The translations under genes were made by a program, and so were the position numbers. The notes beneath the pieces are model-generated. The model was not told the origin of the DNA. It did no database searches and saw only the letters and a list, made by a program, of their open reading frames with translations. From a virus, in the IMG/VR virus record IMGVR_UViG_3300045960_000114, positions 1 to 64,000 of that record: a DNA stretch of 64,000 bases, one strand, 5' to 3'. This document shows, one piece after another, positions 47,147 through 56,578 of this stretch. Numbering within the stretch: position 1 is the first letter of the stretch; the number at the start of each line of letters is the position of its first letter.

Positions 47147-48117
47147 CCGCACCGTCCCACCTACCCGGCGGCCTGCCGTCGACGATCTATAACCCGGCGG
47201 ATGTAGTCCGTCTGGAATGTGGCGTGTTCAAGCGCATCCAGACGGTCGTCCAGCCGTTGGGTGGGAACCTGATCGCGTGGGAGCTGTTTGAGGGTTTCCG
47301 GTCTCCGGGGCCGTACCACTTCTACGTGGACTTCGGGCGTTCGGGTACGAACGAGTGGGAAGTGCTGAACCAGCAGCCGATCATCGATTCATGCGCATTC
47401 TACGACCTGGCGCAGCGACATTGGGACCACTTTATCGATTTCTACTATAGGGTGCGGCTAGTTCTTCCGTCGCTGGTCAACCCAGATGGTTCCTGCGTTG
47501 TTCATGTCAGCCAACCGCAGCAGGCCAATGGTGCGCTGGCCAAGCGCGACTGGCTGGTCATGCGCGAGATCTGCCGCAAGGAGTACCTGCTTCAACGCAA
47601 ACGCACGAACGTCAACAACGTGGGGTGGATCCTCAAGCGGAGACGCTGGGGTGTCTCCTGTGACAAATGCAAGGAGTATGACACCCTTGAAGTTCAGAAG
47701 ACTTCGTGTGATCAGTGCTTCGGGACTGGCTTCATAGGGGGCTACTTCCGGGGAATCGATTTCAGGGTCACCATGGATGCGCCGTGGGGCCGCGAGTTCA
47801 AGCGTGACGAGACGGTGTCGCTGACGAACAACACCCAGCGCAAAGGCCGAGTGGTTGCCTACCCGTATCTCGACACGAACGATATCTACGTGCGGAAGGA
47901 TACCGGTGACCGGTACTTCGTGAACGCGCTGGAGACGCTGGCGGAAGTAAGCGGTGTTCCGATCGTCCTGAATGTGGAGTTAAGGCTTGCCCCCGTCACG
48001 GATCCCATTTACAACGTGCCCGTCAACGGATGGCAGTCGAGCTCATCCTCAAGCTCGCAATCGCCTGGTGCTAAATGTGGACCAGAGGCTGGCTTGAAAG
48101 TCGATAACGACTGGTAA
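47143..48117 (+). CDS. Putative head-closure/neck protein with Zn finger
   Basis: LKRRRWGVSCDKC..CDQCFGTGFIGGY; Ser7 tract near the C-terminus. Confidence 0.55.
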   Translation: MTAPSHLPGGLPSTIYNPADVVRLECGVFKRIQTVVQPLGGNLIAWELFEGFRSPGPYHFYVDFGRSGTNEWEVLNQQPIIDSCAFYDLAQRHWDHFIDFYYRVRLVLPSLVNPDGSCVVHVSQPQQANGALAKRDWLVMREICRKEYLLQRKRTNVNNVGWILKRRRWGVSCDKCKEYDTLEVQKTSCDQCFGTGFIGGYFRGIDFRVTMDAPWGREFKRDETVSLTNNTQRKGRVVAYPYLDTNDIYVRKDTGDRYFVNALETLAEVSGVPIVLNVELRLAPVTDPIYNVPVNGWQSSSSSSSQSPGAKCGPEAGLKVDNDW

Positions 48118-48140
48118 TAATAGGGGTTGGAGGTTCCACC

Positions 48141-48779
48141 ATGGCAAAGATGCCGATTGACAAGCTGACCGAGTTGGCACGCAAGAAGCCCTGGCTGGTC
48201 GGCGCACTTGCCGGCGGTGCATTAGGCGCGCCGATAGGGCTCATGCGATCCGACGAAGGCGAGGAGATGCGCGGCGCATTGGCCGGCGGACTGACTGGCG
48301 CAGGTGTTGGCGCGCTCGGTGGAATGGGCGCGAAGAAACTGCAGGATGTGATTGATGCCATCGCCACGCGCGGCCAGCAGATCGCGGCTGCCGGTGGTGT
48401 CGGTGGATTGGTTGGTGGCGCGGTTGGTGCGTCCAAGATGGCGCCGTGGGTGAAGAAACGCCTGATGCGTCAGGCGGGCGGCGAACCTGAGATGGCAGAA
48501 GAAGAAAATAAGGAGGCTCAAATGGCCAACGAGACTGAAAAGGTGGTCAAGGATTTGACCAAGGACATGCCCGCTGAGAAGCAGGCTGAGCAGGAGAAGG
48601 TCGCGTCGGATCGCGTCAACTCCTTCGATTTCGGCATTGACCTGTTCTGTCAGGAGAACGGGCTCAACAAGCAGGCATTCGCCGAGATGCTCGGTTTCGA
48701 GAACGAGAAGGACATGGCGCAGGGGATCATCGAATGCCTGGTCAGCAACCAGCAGGAAGCGCCGAAGGCAAACGCCTGA
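48141..48779 (+). CDS. Glycine-zipper protein with nested in-frame C-terminal gene (start 48522)
   Basis: GALAGGALG repeats; AAGGAGG-N5-ATG at 48522. Confidence 0.65.
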   Translation: MAKMPIDKLTELARKKPWLVGALAGGALGAPIGLMRSDEGEEMRGALAGGLTGAGVGALGGMGAKKLQDVIDAIATRGQQIAAAGGVGGLVGGAVGASKMAPWVKKRLMRQAGGEPEMAEEENKEAQMANETEKVVKDLTKDMPAEKQAEQEKVASDRVNSFDFGIDLFCQENGLNKQAFAEMLGFENEKDMAQGIIECLVSNQQEAPKANA

Positions 48780-48813
48780 AGCAGTGGCGTAAGCCCAGAA
48801 TAGGCAGGATGGT

Positions 48814-48840
48814 TCCACGCGGTCTGATGGACCGCGTGGA
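48814..48840 (+). terminator. Perfect 11-bp hairpin without a U-tract
   Basis: TCCACGCGGTC-TGATG-GACCGCGTGGA, intergenic. Confidence 0.4.
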
Positions 48841-48866
48841 CATTCGTACTTGGGAGCCCGGACCTG

Positions 48867-49562
48867 ATGGCCGACCCGGCAGACAAAACGACACCGGTAG
48901 CCGTAGATCTTGACCCGGTTACCAGCCTGTGCACGTCGCAGAGTCTTGCGAATGTGATGACGGGTATGTTCACGCGTGCCTGCCAGGAACACTTTTCAGA
49001 TCCGAACAACATGGCCTTCAACGCCTACACGGAGGAAGGCAAGGAGATGCTGGAGGACTACATCTGGACTCCAGACAACACAACCACTAAGATACAGATC
49101 CAGCCGGTGTGGATGTACAACTCGCAGGACATCCAGCGCCGCCCCGCGATCTACGTAAAGCGCGGAAAATGGCATACGAGTCGGCTGGCGATCAATGACG
49201 GCATGACGGTCGGTGCCGTTCGGAATGCGCAAGGCGGGGTCGAGCGCGTGGAAGGCGAGTATCACGTGCGGCAGGTGGATGGCTCTCACATTGTTCATTG
49301 TGTGGGAAGATCAGGAGCAGAAGCAGAGTTGCTGGGCCAGGAAGTGCTTGAGTATTTCATGTCCTTCGCACCTGTGTTGCGGCAGGAGATGAAACTTCAC
49401 TACTTGGAGGTGTCGGACGTGGACGAGGTGAAGATGCTCGACGAGGACGTTGAGCGATTCGTCACGCCCGTGATCCTGTCCTACACCTTCATGCGTTCAT
49501 GGCGCCTTGAACAGCAGGCGCCGTGGCTCAAAGCCCTGGCGATCGACTTGGCTGCGAAATAG
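48867..49562 (+). CDS. Putative tail terminator/completion protein
   Basis: Directly upstream of the sheath gene; RRPAIYVKRG and SHIVHCVG..GAEAELL pattern. Confidence 0.5.
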   Translation: MADPADKTTPVAVDLDPVTSLCTSQSLANVMTGMFTRACQEHFSDPNNMAFNAYTEEGKEMLEDYIWTPDNTTTKIQIQPVWMYNSQDIQRRPAIYVKRGKWHTSRLAINDGMTVGAVRNAQGGVERVEGEYHVRQVDGSHIVHCVGRSGAEAELLGQEVLEYFMSFAPVLRQEMKLHYLEVSDVDEVKMLDEDVERFVTPVILSYTFMRSWRLEQQAPWLKALAIDLAAK

Positions 49563-49573
49563 GAGATTCCGAC

Positions 49574-52387
49574 ATGTCCAGCTACGTTCTGCCGCAGGTC
49601 CTGGTCTTCCAGGAGTTCTTGAGCCGTCCGACGGCGCTGAATCAGCCTGCCAATGCCGTGATCATCGGCGAGCAGTTCCAGTTGTTCCGTTACGCCGTGG
49701 AGTCGGAGAAGGTCAAAACCAAGGTGACCGGTTCGTACGATTACCTGAATGACACCTGCTACGCGTGGCCTGGCCGCACGGCTGGCAATGAGGTGGACCA
49801 GACCTACACGCGCGTGTTCATCGATGACGCGCTACTGAAATACTTCAACGATCCGGTGGGTTCAGGTTCGAACATCAACTGGGTTGCCCCCGGCAAGAAC
49901 CGGATCCGCGCCGACAGCCTGGTCTTCCAGACGGCCAATGGCTACACGCGCTCTGCTGCCTTCCTGCGCGATGTCCAGGTCGGTGACGTCGTCAAGATTC
50001 TGGGCAATGACTGCGGCTCGGCCCTTCAGTTCTGGAGCACGGTCATCGGCCTGATCGCCGACACGGAAGCCTCGTCCATCGGTTCGGTCGTGGATGAGTC
50101 GACTAACCACGCGGCCACGACACTGTCGAAGGCCGTGTCAAAGACGGGTGGCACGACCAACAACGTCACCCTGACCGTCGGCAATGTCAATGTCACCACC
50201 TACGACGGGCTGGCCGATGGAAACCCCTCGGAGGTCTACACAGTTGAGGTGATCGGCGGCGGCGGACAGAATCAGGCCATCCTGCGAGTCACTTCCCAGT
50301 CCGGGAACGATGATGTTTCCAGCGTGATCTTCGATGTGGCGTTTGGTGCGCCTTTCGCCATCGGGACGCGCGGCCTGAAGGCCACGTTTACGTTGGTTGG
50401 CTCCACGAGCTACACGGATGACATCTTCCTGATCGGCCAGACGTGGGAGATCAGCGCCTCGCAGGCATGGACGCCCACGGTTCCTTCCAGCAGCGGCGAC
50501 TACATCGGGCCGTCCGATACGACCTACGTGGCCACCGTCACGCTGGGCGGCAAGTTCAACGCCACCACCAAGCCCCAGATCACCGTTTCCACAACCACGG
50601 GCATCGACATCTCTGGTCCGACGAACGTGACCGCTCCGGCGTCCGCCGTCCAGGTTGGAACACAAGGGGTATTCATTTCCTTCGCCGGCATCGCGACGGA
50701 TGGTCTGTGCAAGGGTGACCGCTACAACATCGCGGTGACCGCCTCTGCGCCGGGACCGATCCGCACGCTGGTCCTGGCCAACAACCTGCCGGAAGGGTTG
50801 CGCGGGTGGTGCCCCGTATCGGGTTCTTCGGGGTCCAGCCTGAGCAGCGGCTCAGTGCCTGACCTGGATGTGACGCTCTACATCAAGAAGAACATCGAGG
50901 TCCCCGAGACGCGCTCACTGGGCGTGTCGAACTGGACGCAGTCCGATACCGAGATCTGCATCGCAGCCGGTATCACGGCGTACGATTCCAGCTGGGCTTC
51001 CGGCGGTACGCTGGTTGCGCTGCCCGTCGAGGGTGGCAAGGTCTACGTGCAGCACCGCGACCGCGTGGCTAAGAACGCGGACGTGGTCGGAAGCATCACG
51101 GATGTGTCGGAGATCCCGGTCGTCTTCGCGCCTGCCGCTGAGATCGACCCGGACAACCCCCTGGTGTTCGGAGCGTACAATGCGTTGCTGAACGCCAATG
51201 GTGAGACGGTCTACTTCATTGCCGTCCGCAGCCATTCGCCGGTCACGCTGGCCGATTGGCTCACCGCCCTCTCCTACCTGGAAGGGCGAAATGACGTCTA
51301 CTCCCTGGTTCCGATGACTCAGGACAAGCAGGTGCTGGATGCTGTTGTGGCGCACTGCGAGTCCCAGTCTTCGCCTGAACGAGGTCGCTGGCGCATCTGC
51401 TGGCTCAACATGGCCGCTGTCGAGACCATCGGGGTATACACGACCTCCGTTGTCAACCCCGGCGAACCCGTGCTGGCCACCATCGAAGACGACCCCGATA
51501 CGGGCGGCACGCAGTACACGATCGTTGAGGCGGCTGGTGAGACGTTCATCACCAAGGGTGTCCGTCCCAATGATACGGTCCGCGCGCTCTACACCACGGA
51601 CGGCTTCGGAAACATCACCTACTCCGAGTTCATCGTGGATGAGGTGCTCAACGAGGAAACGATTCGGCTGTTCAGCGGACCTGACGCGCCTGTCCTGATC
51701 CCGAGCAAGATCGAGATCTGGCGGACGCTCAGTAAGACCGAGGTTTCGGCTAACCTGGCACAGAACCCCGGCCTGTTCAGTAGCCGGCGCGCCTACCTCA
51801 TCTGGCCGGACACGGTTGGTAATGCCGGCAAGACGTTCCCCGGCTATTACCTGTGCGCCGCGCTGGCCGGTCTGCGATCCGGCGTCCAGCCGCACCAGGG
51901 TCTGACCAACGTCGAAATCCTCGGATTCGACGACCTGAGCCGAACGACGGAATACTTCACCGAGACGCAGCTGAACGTGATGGCGTCTTCCGGTTACTGG
52001 ATCGTGACTCAGGATCCGAACACGGGCGCTGTCTTTACACGGCATCAGCTGTCCTGCGGCGATCAGTCGGATGTCAATCAGCGTGAGCAGAGCATCACGA
52101 CCAATCTGGACAACATCTCCTACGGGATGTTGGAAGCGTTGGCGCCCTACATCGGCAAGGGCAACGTGACGACCACGATGATCAGCATTGTGGAAGGCAT
52201 CCTGATTGGCAAGCTGCAGGAGTACAAGAACAACACGGTCGTGCCGCGCTTGGGACCGCAGATCTCGGCGGCCACGATCACCGAACTGGCACAGCACCCG
52301 ACGTATAAGGACCGCATCGTAGCGCGGGTCCTCTGTACGCTGCCTGCGCCGTTCAATAACATGGAACTCTATTTAGTCGTGCAGTAG
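49574..52387 (+). CDS. Tail sheath protein
   Basis: 937 aa; MSSYVLPQV.VFQEF N-terminus; C-terminal sheath-like PGYYLCAALAG..PHQGLTN..RHQLS..EQSITTNLDNI..PFNNMEL. Confidence 0.85.
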   Translation: MSSYVLPQVLVFQEFLSRPTALNQPANAVIIGEQFQLFRYAVESEKVKTKVTGSYDYLNDTCYAWPGRTAGNEVDQTYTRVFIDDALLKYFNDPVGSGSNINWVAPGKNRIRADSLVFQTANGYTRSAAFLRDVQVGDVVKILGNDCGSALQFWSTVIGLIADTEASSIGSVVDESTNHAATTLSKAVSKTGGTTNNVTLTVGNVNVTTYDGLADGNPSEVYTVEVIGGGGQNQAILRVTSQSGNDDVSSVIFDVAFGAPFAIGTRGLKATFTLVGSTSYTDDIFLIGQTWEISASQAWTPTVPSSSGDYIGPSDTTYVATVTLGGKFNATTKPQITVSTTTGIDISGPTNVTAPASAVQVGTQGVFISFAGIATDGLCKGDRYNIAVTASAPGPIRTLVLANNLPEGLRGWCPVSGSSGSSLSSGSVPDLDVTLYIKKNIEVPETRSLGVSNWTQSDTEICIAAGITAYDSSWASGGTLVALPVEGGKVYVQHRDRVAKNADVVGSITDVSEIPVVFAPAAEIDPDNPLVFGAYNALLNANGETVYFIAVRSHSPVTLADWLTALSYLEGRNDVYSLVPMTQDKQVLDAVVAHCESQSSPERGRWRICWLNMAAVETIGVYTTSVVNPGEPVLATIEDDPDTGGTQYTIVEAAGETFITKGVRPNDTVRALYTTDGFGNITYSEFIVDEVLNEETIRLFSGPDAPVLIPSKIEIWRTLSKTEVSANLAQNPGLFSSRRAYLIWPDTVGNAGKTFPGYYLCAALAGLRSGVQPHQGLTNVEILGFDDLSRTTEYFTETQLNVMASSGYWIVTQDPNTGAVFTRHQLSCGDQSDVNQREQSITTNLDNISYGMLEALAPYIGKGNVTTTMISIVEGILIGKLQEYKNNTVVPRLGPQISAATITELAQHPTYKDRIVARVLCTLPAPFNNMELYLVVQ

Positions 52388-52400
52388 AGTTGGAATGGGC

Positions 52401-52432
52401 GGGGGCAGCCGGGCCGCAATCCGGCTGCCCCC
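52401..52432 (+). terminator. Perfect 12-bp GC hairpin after the sheath gene, no U-tract
   Basis: GGGGGCAGCCGG-GCCGCAAT-CCGGCTGCCCCC. Confidence 0.45.
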
Positions 52433-52445
52433 CGAGGGAGATGTG

Positions 52446-52721
52446 ATGACGAAGAGCGCCGAATACCTGATCTGCCAGGCTTTGGAAGAGAAGCAGGCGT
52501 ACCCGGCTGTGTTGCAGGCGATCTACGAGAAGGGTGTTCAGCCGATCGCCAGTGGGATCGAGCGAACGCCAAAGGCATTGAGCCAGATTCTGGGTCGACT
52601 TAAGGGCGTACCTTCGCAGCAGGCGGCAGCATTGGCGCACAAGCGCATGCTGGACGCAGCAGCTGCGGCAGCGTACATGAGTAAGATGAAGAGCAGGCCG
52701 ATGATTGGTGCCGGCAGCTAA
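52446..52721 (+). CDS. Small KxA protein between sheath and tube
   Basis: ATG after GAGGGAG; MTKSA..EEKQA. Confidence 0.55.
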   Translation: MTKSAEYLICQALEEKQAYPAVLQAIYEKGVQPIASGIERTPKALSQILGRLKGVPSQQAAALAHKRMLDAAAAAAYMSKMKSRPMIGAGS

Positions 52722-52733
52722 AGGAGACTTTCG

Positions 52734-53204
52734 ATGGCAAGAGACATCTACAACCGCAACGTTGAGCTTGGTTCGCCCATGGCTGCTGATGCCATCCGGG
52801 TTCTCCTGTCGGAAATCGGTGACGCGGACTTCCTGATGCAGTCCGTCAATTTCCGATACCAACAGACCATCACGCGTCTGTGGGAACTGGGTTCCGTCCG
52901 GGTGTTCATGTTCGCCGGGCGCACAGAAGGCGACATCCAGGCCAAGCGGGTGATTGGCCCGAAGAATGTCCAGCTGGGATTCGTCGAGAAGTACGGCGAC
53001 GTCTGTAACATGCAGAACAACCACATGACGCTGAAGCTGCAGCCTGGCTGCACGAGCATCGGTCAATTCGGCGAAGGTACGCTGACAGCCTCCGGTGTGG
53101 TGATCAACTCTGTATCGTACGCCATTCAGGCACAGGACAAGATCATCAACGAAGAGATGGCGATGATGTTCGTGCTGATGGAAAAGGGCGGCAGCGCCGG
53201 CTAA
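52734..53204 (+). CDS. Tail tube protein
   Basis: 156 aa after the sheath; QSVNFRYQQTITRLWELGS..GRTEG.I..RVIG; SD AAGGAG. Confidence 0.75.
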   Translation: MARDIYNRNVELGSPMAADAIRVLLSEIGDADFLMQSVNFRYQQTITRLWELGSVRVFMFAGRTEGDIQAKRVIGPKNVQLGFVEKYGDVCNMQNNHMTLKLQPGCTSIGQFGEGTLTASGVVINSVSYAIQAQDKIINEEMAMMFVLMEKGGSAG

Positions 53205-53263
53205 CGGCTACGCCCAAACGTACCGGGTGATCCTGGTAACGGAAACAGAAGCAGGGCAAGTAG

Positions 53264-55843
53264 ATGGCATTTACTCCTCAATCACTGATCAGAAAGTCTG
53301 ATCAGGCAGCCCATAACCAAGAGCTGTCTGGAAGCCTGTTTCTAATCGGCTCGATCGACGACGCCTTCGCTTACGCGGGCGTCTACACTGTCCGTTCAGG
53401 CGGGTGGGCGCCATTCACGGCGGTGGATATACGGCAGACATCCTGCGTCCCACTAGGTGCGCGCTCGATCAACACCTACCAGCCCAAGACGCGTGTCCTG
53501 ATCTACTTCGATCCGATGCTGGACACACCCATTATCCTGGGCGCCGTCCCGCGTGCTACGGCCAGCGCTCAGCTGGTTCTGCCCACCTCGATAGTACCCA
53601 GAAGCCGAGCAGGCTTCGTAGAAGATCCCGCCCATTACGCCTCCTTCACAGATCCACGAACGCACTACGCTGACTTCTCTGGCGGCAAGGCCATTGACTC
53701 CCTGCCGGGCGACTGGGGCAGCTTGAACGACCTCGGTGTCGGCTTCGTGGCTGGCAGGCTGATGGCCATGCTGAAGGCCAGCGAGGGCGCGCAGATCCAG
53801 GCGTTCTGGGGCGACGATCTTCTGCGGATCGTAGGCTACAACTACGAGCTGTTCAACGCGCTGGGCGAGGATCGACGCTACAACGATGAGGGCGAGTGCA
53901 ACGGCATTGAGATGGAGACGGCCTACGCCTGGGAAAGCCTTGGTTCGGCTAAAAAAGAGAATGATCCGTCACGTACTGAGTCGGGCGAGCTGAAGTTCGG
54001 TGCCGAGTACACCCCGTCAGAGCCCAAAGTAGATGACCAACTCATGTGGCCGCGCCGGGTGCTGTTCAAGGGTTATCTGGGCGACCTGCGGCGTGAGATC
54101 ATTTGCGCGCCCGATTTCGACTCGGATCCGATCAACAAATTCAGCGCGGAAACTACGAAGTATCGCGGGCTGGCGCAGATGCATCAGTCGAGCGACGGCA
54201 CCATCTTCATGCGCAGCGCGAAGGCCGTCGTGCTCGAGAAGTACAGCATCATCCCGGTGCCCAAGGAGAAGAAAGCGCCGGAAGACCCGACGGGCGATAC
54301 CAAACGGTCCAGTGACAAATTCGCTGGCGAGGGCGCGAACGTACCCGATTACAAGTGGGGGTCAGATGATCCATCGCTGCGCGCAGCTCAATTCTACGAC
54401 TACATCGCTTATGCGCTCAACAAGTACAGCACCGACGGGTTGGTGAAGCACAAGAAGGATTGGTACTACCCCGAAGAATCGGACATTGAGAAGCCGGTTG
54501 ATAAGACGGTCTACGACAAATCGTTGGACGTGTTGAAGCAGAAATTCGTGCTGGAATTGCCTACTTCTGTGGGGCTGAAGATCGATCACAGAACGGGAAG
54601 AGATTCTGTTAGGTATTACAAGGCTCGGTCCGTCATAGCGCAAGGTGATGACGGGTCGATACTTATAGAGGACGGGTTTGGCAGCTCGATCCATATGAGC
54701 GGCGGCAACATCCAGATCACCTGTCCCGGCGACGTCTTCCTGCGACCCGGGCGCAGCCTGGTGGCTATGGCTCCGTTTGATGCGGTCATCCGGGCGGGCA
54801 ACTCGGCAGACATCTCAGCGGCTAAGAAAGACGTGCGCATCAAGGCCGAACGCAACTGCATGATCATGGGCGGCAATGACAGCAGCCCGTACGGTGGCGT
54901 GCTGATCGAGAGCCGCGCGAATTCGAAGGTGACAGCTGCCGACCTCACTGAAGATGGCGAGCGGACAAAGCTGCGCGGGATCATCCTGAAGTCGCCCAGA
55001 TCCAACGTGTACAGCTACAGCCTGAACACGTACATCGGGGCGACACAGCAGGTGACCATGGACGTGCCAGAAGGCATCGTCTACACGTCGGCCAGGGAGG
55101 TCAGGTCAAAGCTGACCAGCTTGAACATTCTGTCGACGTCCGGAAACAAACAGCTGATGTCGCTTAACCCCGGCAAGTCTGTCATCTCGACGATGCTGGA
55201 CATCGGTGGCGCGGTCCGTATCGCGGACGCCGGCGGCGGCGACAGCCTGACGGTCGGTGGTTCGGTGATCATCCATGGCGGCATGAAGATTGGCAGCGGC
55301 ATCCAGAACAACGGTCCGTTCCAGTCGCGTACGTGGCCATACGTCGTTGAAATGAAGCGGGATGTCGATCTTGGCACCAAGCCGCAGCTGATCGCGCAGG
55401 AGATCAAGCAGGACGTTGCTGATGCGAACGAGAGCATTCAGGAAACAGAGAAGGAAGTCAGGACGGATGTCAATTCCCCGGTTCAGCTGAAGAGCAAGCT
55501 GGGCTTCTCCTTCCGCGACACGGTACTGGACCTGAAACTCGATTCGGACACCTTTGTGCTCTATGAGAGCCGCTGGCAACAGCTGCTGCGTAACGGACAA
55601 AATGGTAGTGGCACAGAGTGGGTTGAGCCGGAAGTGAAGTCGATGATTGGCGGCAAGGGCCAACCGTATCCAGGTTACACCGGTTGGTCGTCATGGAGCG
55701 CGTATGGGAAGGTGGATCTGCAGAACTTCGATCTGACGAAGGGTTATGCCAAGATGCGTGATTCGCTGAAGGAACAGGGCAAGTCGCCAACCAAGGCAAC
55801 ACTGAAATCAGCCTACAAGGTTGTCAAATTCGCGGAGGGATAA
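53264..55843 (+). CDS. Baseplate spike/hub, VgrG/gp5-like
   Basis: OB-like RVLIYFD..PIILGAVP; beta-helix-like GSILIEDGFGSSIHM..NIQI...DVRIKAE. Confidence 0.55.
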   Translation: MAFTPQSLIRKSDQAAHNQELSGSLFLIGSIDDAFAYAGVYTVRSGGWAPFTAVDIRQTSCVPLGARSINTYQPKTRVLIYFDPMLDTPIILGAVPRATASAQLVLPTSIVPRSRAGFVEDPAHYASFTDPRTHYADFSGGKAIDSLPGDWGSLNDLGVGFVAGRLMAMLKASEGAQIQAFWGDDLLRIVGYNYELFNALGEDRRYNDEGECNGIEMETAYAWESLGSAKKENDPSRTESGELKFGAEYTPSEPKVDDQLMWPRRVLFKGYLGDLRREIICAPDFDSDPINKFSAETTKYRGLAQMHQSSDGTIFMRSAKAVVLEKYSIIPVPKEKKAPEDPTGDTKRSSDKFAGEGANVPDYKWGSDDPSLRAAQFYDYIAYALNKYSTDGLVKHKKDWYYPEESDIEKPVDKTVYDKSLDVLKQKFVLELPTSVGLKIDHRTGRDSVRYYKARSVIAQGDDGSILIEDGFGSSIHMSGGNIQITCPGDVFLRPGRSLVAMAPFDAVIRAGNSADISAAKKDVRIKAERNCMIMGGNDSSPYGGVLIESRANSKVTAADLTEDGERTKLRGIILKSPRSNVYSYSLNTYIGATQQVTMDVPEGIVYTSAREVRSKLTSLNILSTSGNKQLMSLNPGKSVISTMLDIGGAVRIADAGGGDSLTVGGSVIIHGGMKIGSGIQNNGPFQSRTWPYVVEMKRDVDLGTKPQLIAQEIKQDVADANESIQETEKEVRTDVNSPVQLKSKLGFSFRDTVLDLKLDSDTFVLYESRWQQLLRNGQNGSGTEWVEPEVKSMIGGKGQPYPGYTGWSSWSAYGKVDLQNFDLTKGYAKMRDSLKEQGKSPTKATLKSAYKVVKFAEG

Positions 55844-55846
55844 ACG

Positions 55847-56578
55847 ATGCCTGACGGTTTCAGCACCCCAGCCGGCAAGAAGTTCCCAGAACCGGTGCCG
55901 GTTGAAATGGTCGACGAGGCCAGGCGGGAGGAGTACGCCGACATCACGCCTGACATTGAGGAGCCCAAGGTGCCAGAGGCGGCTCCTGCGGCAGCCCCAG
56001 TCGACCAGGTGCTAGAGGAGAAGATCGAAGCCATCTCTGATGAGGTTATCAGCTTCGTCAACGACGGCTTCCGCATGCATTTCCGCAAAGGACTGCTGGT
56101 GCTGGTGGAACCTATTCCGAAGGAAGACCTGGCCCAGCCGACTGATGATGACAAGAAGGAATTCGTAAGGAGCATCTTCGGAAGCACGGCCTACACGAAG
56201 AAGTACGTGCTGTTTGGCGGCTGCGAGGCGTTGTTCAAAGATCGTGGCGTAGCTGAGACGGAAGGTATGTACGAGGACATCAATAAATTGCATAAGAGCG
56301 GTGAAATCAATCTGGACAACGAAGCTGAAGCCACGTTGTGGATCCGCCGCTATCAGATGGCTGAGACGCTGGTGTACGTCAAGCTGCCGGATGGGACGGC
56401 AGTGTATTCCCGGGGGGAAAATTCGGACCGGAAGCAGCGCGTGAAGAAGCTATTGGAGCTGGCGCGTCCGCTTTATCAGGCTGCCTACGACACGGCGATT
56501 GACTTTGAGCGCCACATTGAGCTGCTGACGCAGAAGGCGCGTGACCCGGGTTTTTGGCGAGCCGGTGGTACAAGCTGA
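55847..56578 (+). CDS. Putative tail assembly chaperone (G-like)
   Basis: Acidic N-terminus; ends just after the slippery heptamer G GGT TTT. Confidence 0.55.
   Translation: MPDGFSTPAGKKFPEPVPVEMVDEARREEYADITPDIEEPKVPEAAPAAAPVDQVLEEKIEAISDEVISFVNDGFRMHFRKGLLVLVEPIPKEDLAQPTDDDKKEFVRSIFGSTAYTKKYVLFGGCEALFKDRGVAETEGMYEDINKLHKSGEINLDNEAEATLWIRRYQMAETLVYVKLPDGTAVYSRGENSDRKQRVKKLLELARPLYQAAYDTAIDFERHIELLTQKARDPGFWRAGGTS
56548..56554 (+). promoter_or_regulatory. Candidate -1 programmed ribosomal frameshift site GGGTTTT
   Basis: XXXYYYZ heptamer correctly phased (ccG GGT TTT). The -1 frame opens just before it and stays open to 57084. Confidence 0.7.

Noticed and set aside
18686-48779. phiKZ-type nucleus shell, tubulin, portal or terminase genes
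   Set aside because: No supporting motifs recognised in this window; they may lie elsewhere in the genome.
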